64,000 nucleotides of DNA from the NCBI RefSeq assembly GCF_021869535.1, contig NW_026262668.1, positions 36,022,001 to 36,086,000 on the forward strand. Reading direction: 5' to 3'. Position numbers and translations under genes: made by a program. The notes below the pieces were generated by a model. That model was not told where the DNA came from. It did no database searches and saw only the letters and a list, made by a program, of their open reading frames with translations. This document shows, piece after piece, positions 61,651 to 64,000 of the stretch. Position 1 is the stretch's first letter, and the number at the start of each line of letters is the position of its first letter. This stretch comes from Mytilus californianus (Eukaryota).

Positions 61651-64000
61651 TTTAACGTTTGTCTTTGTATCACAGTTATTGTTAAGAGTTTAATTTTGGA
61701 CCTGTTTAAAGTAGACTTTGGTAATCTGTATGTTTTTCTCTTCTATTAATTATGTTACCCCGAACGAAATCTTATTCTTATTCTTCCGATATATTTGTCT
61801 ACTAAATTATTGTGGACAAAATTGATGAAATTTTAACTTAACAGAACTAGCCACCATCCGTAGATGTGAAGTTATACTTTGGAATTTACAAATTGGCCAC
61901 CATAATCATTCCAACGAAGAACAATAACAAAAATGTACCAAATTTAATGAAACTCTACAACAATATTGCATGTCATGTGAAGAACTACCAGAGTTTAAAA
62001 ACAAAATATGGCTGCCGTTTCCAGCATGCTCGGGGTGACATTCGCAATTGCAAGAATTGCAGTTCTAATGATTTTTTTCATTATTATTTTGTAAGCAATT
62101 TACTGACATACAAAATCAAAATATTGGAACGCTTTAAGTTTTTAGTTAATCTTCACCTAAGATCCAATTGAGCAATTTTCATCATTTGACATCCATCCTC
62201 GTCTGTCGTCGTCGTTAAAAATTTAAAAAGATATATGAATCTGAACCCGCTGAATTGATCGAGACAATACATCCTCGTCTTTTGGTCTGTTGTGGATGGT
62301 TGTCTCATCGCCTTATTTTCATATTGACCAAAATCATTATTGGGATATAAACCATCAAAATTTTGTCGATTATGTTTAATGACATAAACGTTATTTTTAT
62401 ATATAAACAAGTGTGGACACAGATCAGTGTGGATAGTATGTATGAATGTTTGACAGTGTTTCATGTTGACGTAGAGTTCTATATATATTAAACTGTGTTG
62501 CACAATGACAGCTTTACTGAGCCAAACACTTAACGTTAGCAGTATTGTTTATTTAATACTTTGTTTTAATGTTCAAGGCTGCCATGGAGACACTTATTTC
62601 ATTGATTACCAAATGATTATTATAAAATATGTTCTACACCTTTGATTTTGGATACATGTGTAGCTAGGAGAGGAACACAAAGTTCATTTCTTCATGATGT
62701 GATTTTTTATATGGGAGATGGTATTGGAGAACATGCATGCATGTACTATTTGTATGGTTATATTTATGTTTCTTTGTGGTGGATCTTCCCAGTACCACCA
62801 GTAAAATATTTCGTTTAAATGTCAAAATTGTTTCTCAGATTAGAAGATATTTAATTGTCCGAATATGTTCTATTTATCTAAAAAGTTATAGAATTTAGAA
62901 TAAAAAGGTAATGCAAAAATATTCTTGTTCCAAGATTTTTTTGTTATATGAATACAAATATTAGTGAATCCAGTACTGTATTAAGCTAGTTTTGTTGTGG
63001 TATGAAAGTGCATTTATTAATATTTACTGTTAATTCACACAATTTGACAAATTGACAAATGGATGATAGATATTGAACAATGAAATATAATTTTAGAAAT
63101 CAATTAGGGCAGATAGGTCCTTTTTTTTTACAATAATGAATGACATTTACATCTACTCAGGACTGTGTTATCAGTAGGCAGTGCAGAAGTTAAAAAAAAG
63201 TGTAACAAAATCACCTAGCATCATATTCATGTTCATGATATTGCTAGAAACACGAGCAGTATTGTTTGGTAATTTGTGTGTTTTTCTAATTTAGCTTCTG
63301 GACACAACATCTTTGGTTCAAACGTAAATAAAATGCTTTAATATGTTTCTCCCTATTACTACTTACATAGAATGGATACTTATACAATTCCTTGTGCAGA
63401 TTAGAGTTGTTTGTCAAATCTTTATTTCACAAAGAATGAATTGCATAACAATGAACTGAGCTCAAAGCAAAGCACTTAAATAATACACTTAGACAAAGAG
63501 CTCAATCCAGTGATATACTTTGTACTACAGGTCCTTCATGAATATCCACTTCTCACAAAAATGTCATACTACATGGATGGATCTGAAGTCCTGAAAAAAA
63601 AGACCTTAAATTTTATATCATATTTTCGGTATACATGTACGGTATAAATGGGGAACAACGGTTAAAACTTTCACAAAGTTGTGGTAAAATAATTCGGTAC
63701 CTAAATTGCTTCATGCACAAATTGATATAGGCTGAGTACCCCTCTATTTAATATAAGATCATACCTCCACCTAATCATAGTAAACTGAAAAACAAACATT
63801 CAAAACTATAAAATGTTATTAGACTGTCACTTATCACTTATCAGTGTCTATAGCTATTTACCATCAAAACTGAACCAATAATATAAGACTCAGATTGATG
63901 TTTCTCTCTAATGTCCAAATGAAATAAGATTCCTAATCTACCACCAATTAAATACCCTTCTAATCATGCTAATGGACAGCTATTTGATGTTTTTAAATCA

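Overview
AT-rich (about two-thirds A+T by eye), repeat-dense animal genomic DNA. The repeat families point to a bivalve, most likely Mytilus (inference). Two spliced + strand genes can be rebuilt by hand from GT-AG exons with matching phases. (1) A compact two-transmembrane RING-H2 ubiquitin-ligase-like gene at 26275-31506 (about 181-201 aa). (2) A type I membrane protein at 42786-57739 with two divergent C-type-lectin-like domains, a Thr-rich stalk of phase-1 micro-exons, a TM helix and an acidic tail with a 59-aa duplication; its 5' exon was not found. The rest is decayed Penelope-like retroelements (RT with no C-terminal endonuclease, Naiad-like), many solo copies of their 3' ends, tRNA-derived SINEs, Helitron/Helentron derivatives, MITEs, a foldback element and an ~870-bp tandem array. 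The main observation is that these 3' ends, in at least four different sequence families, contain a circularly permuted (type P5) twister-ribozyme fold with compensatory changes in most helices and both pseudoknots, and with P1 replaced by palindromes. Hammerhead-bearing retrozyme-like repeats are also present, one with an intact core. All structures and gene models are manual predictions; no searches or folding programs were run.
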